Shown piece by piece: positions 62,141 through 64,000 of a DNA stretch of 64,000 nt. Within the stretch, counting starts at the first letter, position 1; every line of letters starts with the position of its first letter. The DNA comes from Candidatus Bathyarchaeota archaeon (GTDB lineage: Archaea; Thermoproteota; Bathyarchaeia; 40CM-2-53-6): contig CAVPLU010000016.1 in NCBI GenBank assembly GCA_963706285.1, positions 1-64,000 on the forward strand. The letters run 5' to 3'. The notes beneath the pieces are model-generated. The model was not told the DNA's origin. It did no database searches and saw nothing but the letters and a program-made list of their open reading frames with translations. The position numbers and the translations under genes were made by a program.

Positions 62141-62210
62141 AACGCAGCACCAAGTGACCCGACAACGACGATAAACGAACGCCTATCCTGTGGCAGTTCA
62201 ATTCGCTGCA
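62141..62210 (+). repeat. Dispersed repeat, copy B (degenerate)
   Basis: gcacca..acgacgataaacgaacgcctatcctgtggcaGTTCAATT, alignable to copy A. Confidence 0.6.
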
Positions 62211-62610
62211 ATGAGAGCCGACACGCGGACAGAGCACCGCCAGTACGGGTCCTTTTTCAGATGTGTACCCTTAAGCACACAACCACCTGAGGAACCCCCG
62301 ACATCCAAGTCCCGTGAAAAGGCGAGCCTGTCTAACCTATGATGATGACAGGCCAGTGAAACTGTGGCATGACTGCCATACGCGACACTCAGCGCTCGTT
62401 AATGACACAGGCATTACCCCTCCGAAGAACTCTCGGTGCGGCAAATACGGACGATCTCGTGCAAGCAACGAGTCGCAACTCTTTAGCAGCTTGCAAGCAT
62501 CCGCGTCAGATATCGGCATCTACTGTCTCTCGAATGCTCAATTTTGGGGTGTTCTGATCCCGAAAGACTCTTACAGCAGATTATCCCATACAGTTGAACT
62601 GGGATTGTTC

Positions 62611-64000
62611 TTGAGATTCAAGTCGGTGAAATCGCGAACAATAGTTCTGGCTGCGTTGATTTTGGTCGCGTATTTTGTTGGTTTGCTTGTACCGCAAGCG
62701 CATGCCTGGAACCTATCCTCGAGTCCTGCGACGAGAACGACGACACCCGGCGGCACGGTTACGTTTACGATCTCGGTTTTTTACGAGCCTCCCGAGGCCG
62801 TTCTTGGGACGGTCCAGCTGTTGGTGTCGCCTCCAGAGCTGGGCTTAACGCCCAGTTTTTCGCCGACAAGTGGGTCTATTCCGTTTACCTCAACCTTGAC
62901 GGTTCAAGTAAGCGCCACGAAGGCAGTTGGGGTTTACTCTCTCCCTGTGTGGGCGCATCCTACAGCCATCCCCTACCCCGGCCCTGGCAACAAAGCAATT
63001 AATGTGCAAGTTGTGGTGGCAGCAGCTTCAACGGATTGGGCATTATCAAGTCCCACATTGTCACCTGCTTCTCCTAACGTCGGAGACCCAACCACCTTCC
63101 AAGTGATTCTGACCGCTTTGAGCACGAGTCTATCTTATCCGCAGAGTCCAACCCTTCTTGCGCAAGTCGATGGCGTCCCCGTCGGTGGTGGTTCCGTAAG
63201 CTACCCCGGCCCAACAGGGATCCCGGCTACTGTCTACTCGGCGCCGCCATGGTCTGCCACAGCCGGCACCCACACGATAGTTTGGACAGTAAGTTCTGGA
63301 GTCTCAGATCCTAACCCGTCGAACAATCAGGTGTCGCGTACGTTCACGGTGGGGCCTCCGCCCGCTCAGTTTGATTTCGAAGTATTGGCCTCACCGACTG
63401 ATAGCACAGCAACGCCCGGGAGCAGCACTAGCTACACAATAATGGTGAATCTCCTCTCCGGCTCAACTCAGAGCGTCACACTGAGCTTATCCGGACAACC
63501 GGGAGGCGTCAGTGGAGCATTCTCTCCTTTGTCTGGAAGTCCCACGTTCTCATCGTCGCTGACGCTTTCCGTTGCTTCTTCTGTCTCCACGGGAAGCTAC
63601 ACAATGACTGTAACTGGGGTCGGCGGAGGCAAGACGCACACAGCCACAATCAAGCTGACCGTGTCACAAGCTCCAGACTTCCGGATTGATGTGAGCCCGC
63701 CGTCTGTGAGTGTCAGCCAAGGACAGGTAGCCTCTTACTCTGTCAGCATCTCGGGTCTGAACGGATTCAACTCGCAAGTCTCGTTATCAGTCTCAGGAGC
63801 ACCAGCTGGCGTCAATCCTGTATTCACCGTCCCGTCAGGAACCCCCAGTTTCAATTCGATTCTGACCGTTACCCTTCCAGGCAATGTCCAGACCGGTTCC
63901 TTCACTTTGCAGATAACAGCGTCGGGGGGAGGTCTCACTAAGATCGCGAATGCTGTGCTAGTCATCTCGGCTGCTACTGGAACTCAAACTCAAACACAGA
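62611..64000 (+). CDS. Secreted S/T/P-rich Ig-like/CARDB repeat surface protein (partial)
   Basis: Open frame to the window end; signal peptide ..PQAHA; DPNPSNN CARDB motif; DF...SP..G.Y.TVTG repeats like those in 10710-13145. Confidence 0.8.
   Translation, partial: MRFKSVKSRTIVLAALILVAYFVGLLVPQAHAWNLSSSPATRTTTPGGTVTFTISVFYEPPEAVLGTVQLLVSPPELGLTPSFSPTSGSIPFTSTLTVQVSATKAVGVYSLPVWAHPTAIPYPGPGNKAINVQVVVAAASTDWALSSPTLSPASPNVGDPTTFQVILTALSTSLSYPQSPTLLAQVDGVPVGGGSVSYPGPTGIPATVYSAPPWSATAGTHTIVWTVSSGVSDPNPSNNQVSRTFTVGPPPAQFDFEVLASPTDSTATPGSSTSYTIMVNLLSGSTQSVTLSLSGQPGGVSGAFSPLSGSPTFSSSLTLSVASSVSTGSYTMTVTGVGGGKTHTATIKLTVSQAPDFRIDVSPPSVSVSQGQVASYSVSISGLNGFNSQVSLSVSGAPAGVNPVFTVPSGTPSFNSILTVTLPGNVQTGSFTLQITASGGGLTKIANAVLVISAATGTQTQTQ

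Overview
Archaeal chromosomal DNA, most likely a PolD-encoding TACK lineage such as Bathyarchaeia. This is inferred from PolD DP1/DP2, Elf1, Alba, Cdc6, a CFI-box-CTERM protein and a two-intron tRNA. The window holds a nurA-herA-mre11 repair operon, many metabolic and redox genes, and the replication-origin region (DP2, elf1, three unknown genes, oriC with ORBs, cdc6, DUF99, DP1). It also holds a tRNA-Ser(CGA) with two introns and an AT-richer stretch of small stress/regulatory genes. More than ten genes, including conserved housekeeping ones, carry single-base frameshifts, most likely long-read consensus errors. Three signals are not explained by the annotation. (1) A dispersed intergenic repeat family at about 8 loci has the core GTTCAAAT-N12-N-CCA, the exact spacing of a tRNA 3' end, and lies mostly just downstream of genes. 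(2) A dense TCAC/GTGA palindrome array sits beside oriC, upstream of a membrane-anchored coiled-coil winged-helix protein, a candidate origin-tethering system. (3) Two RHH paralogs with a shared upstream palindrome precede a 55-aa Tyr/Gly/Ser-rich microprotein missing from the ORF track. All calls come from reading motifs by eye; no searches were run.
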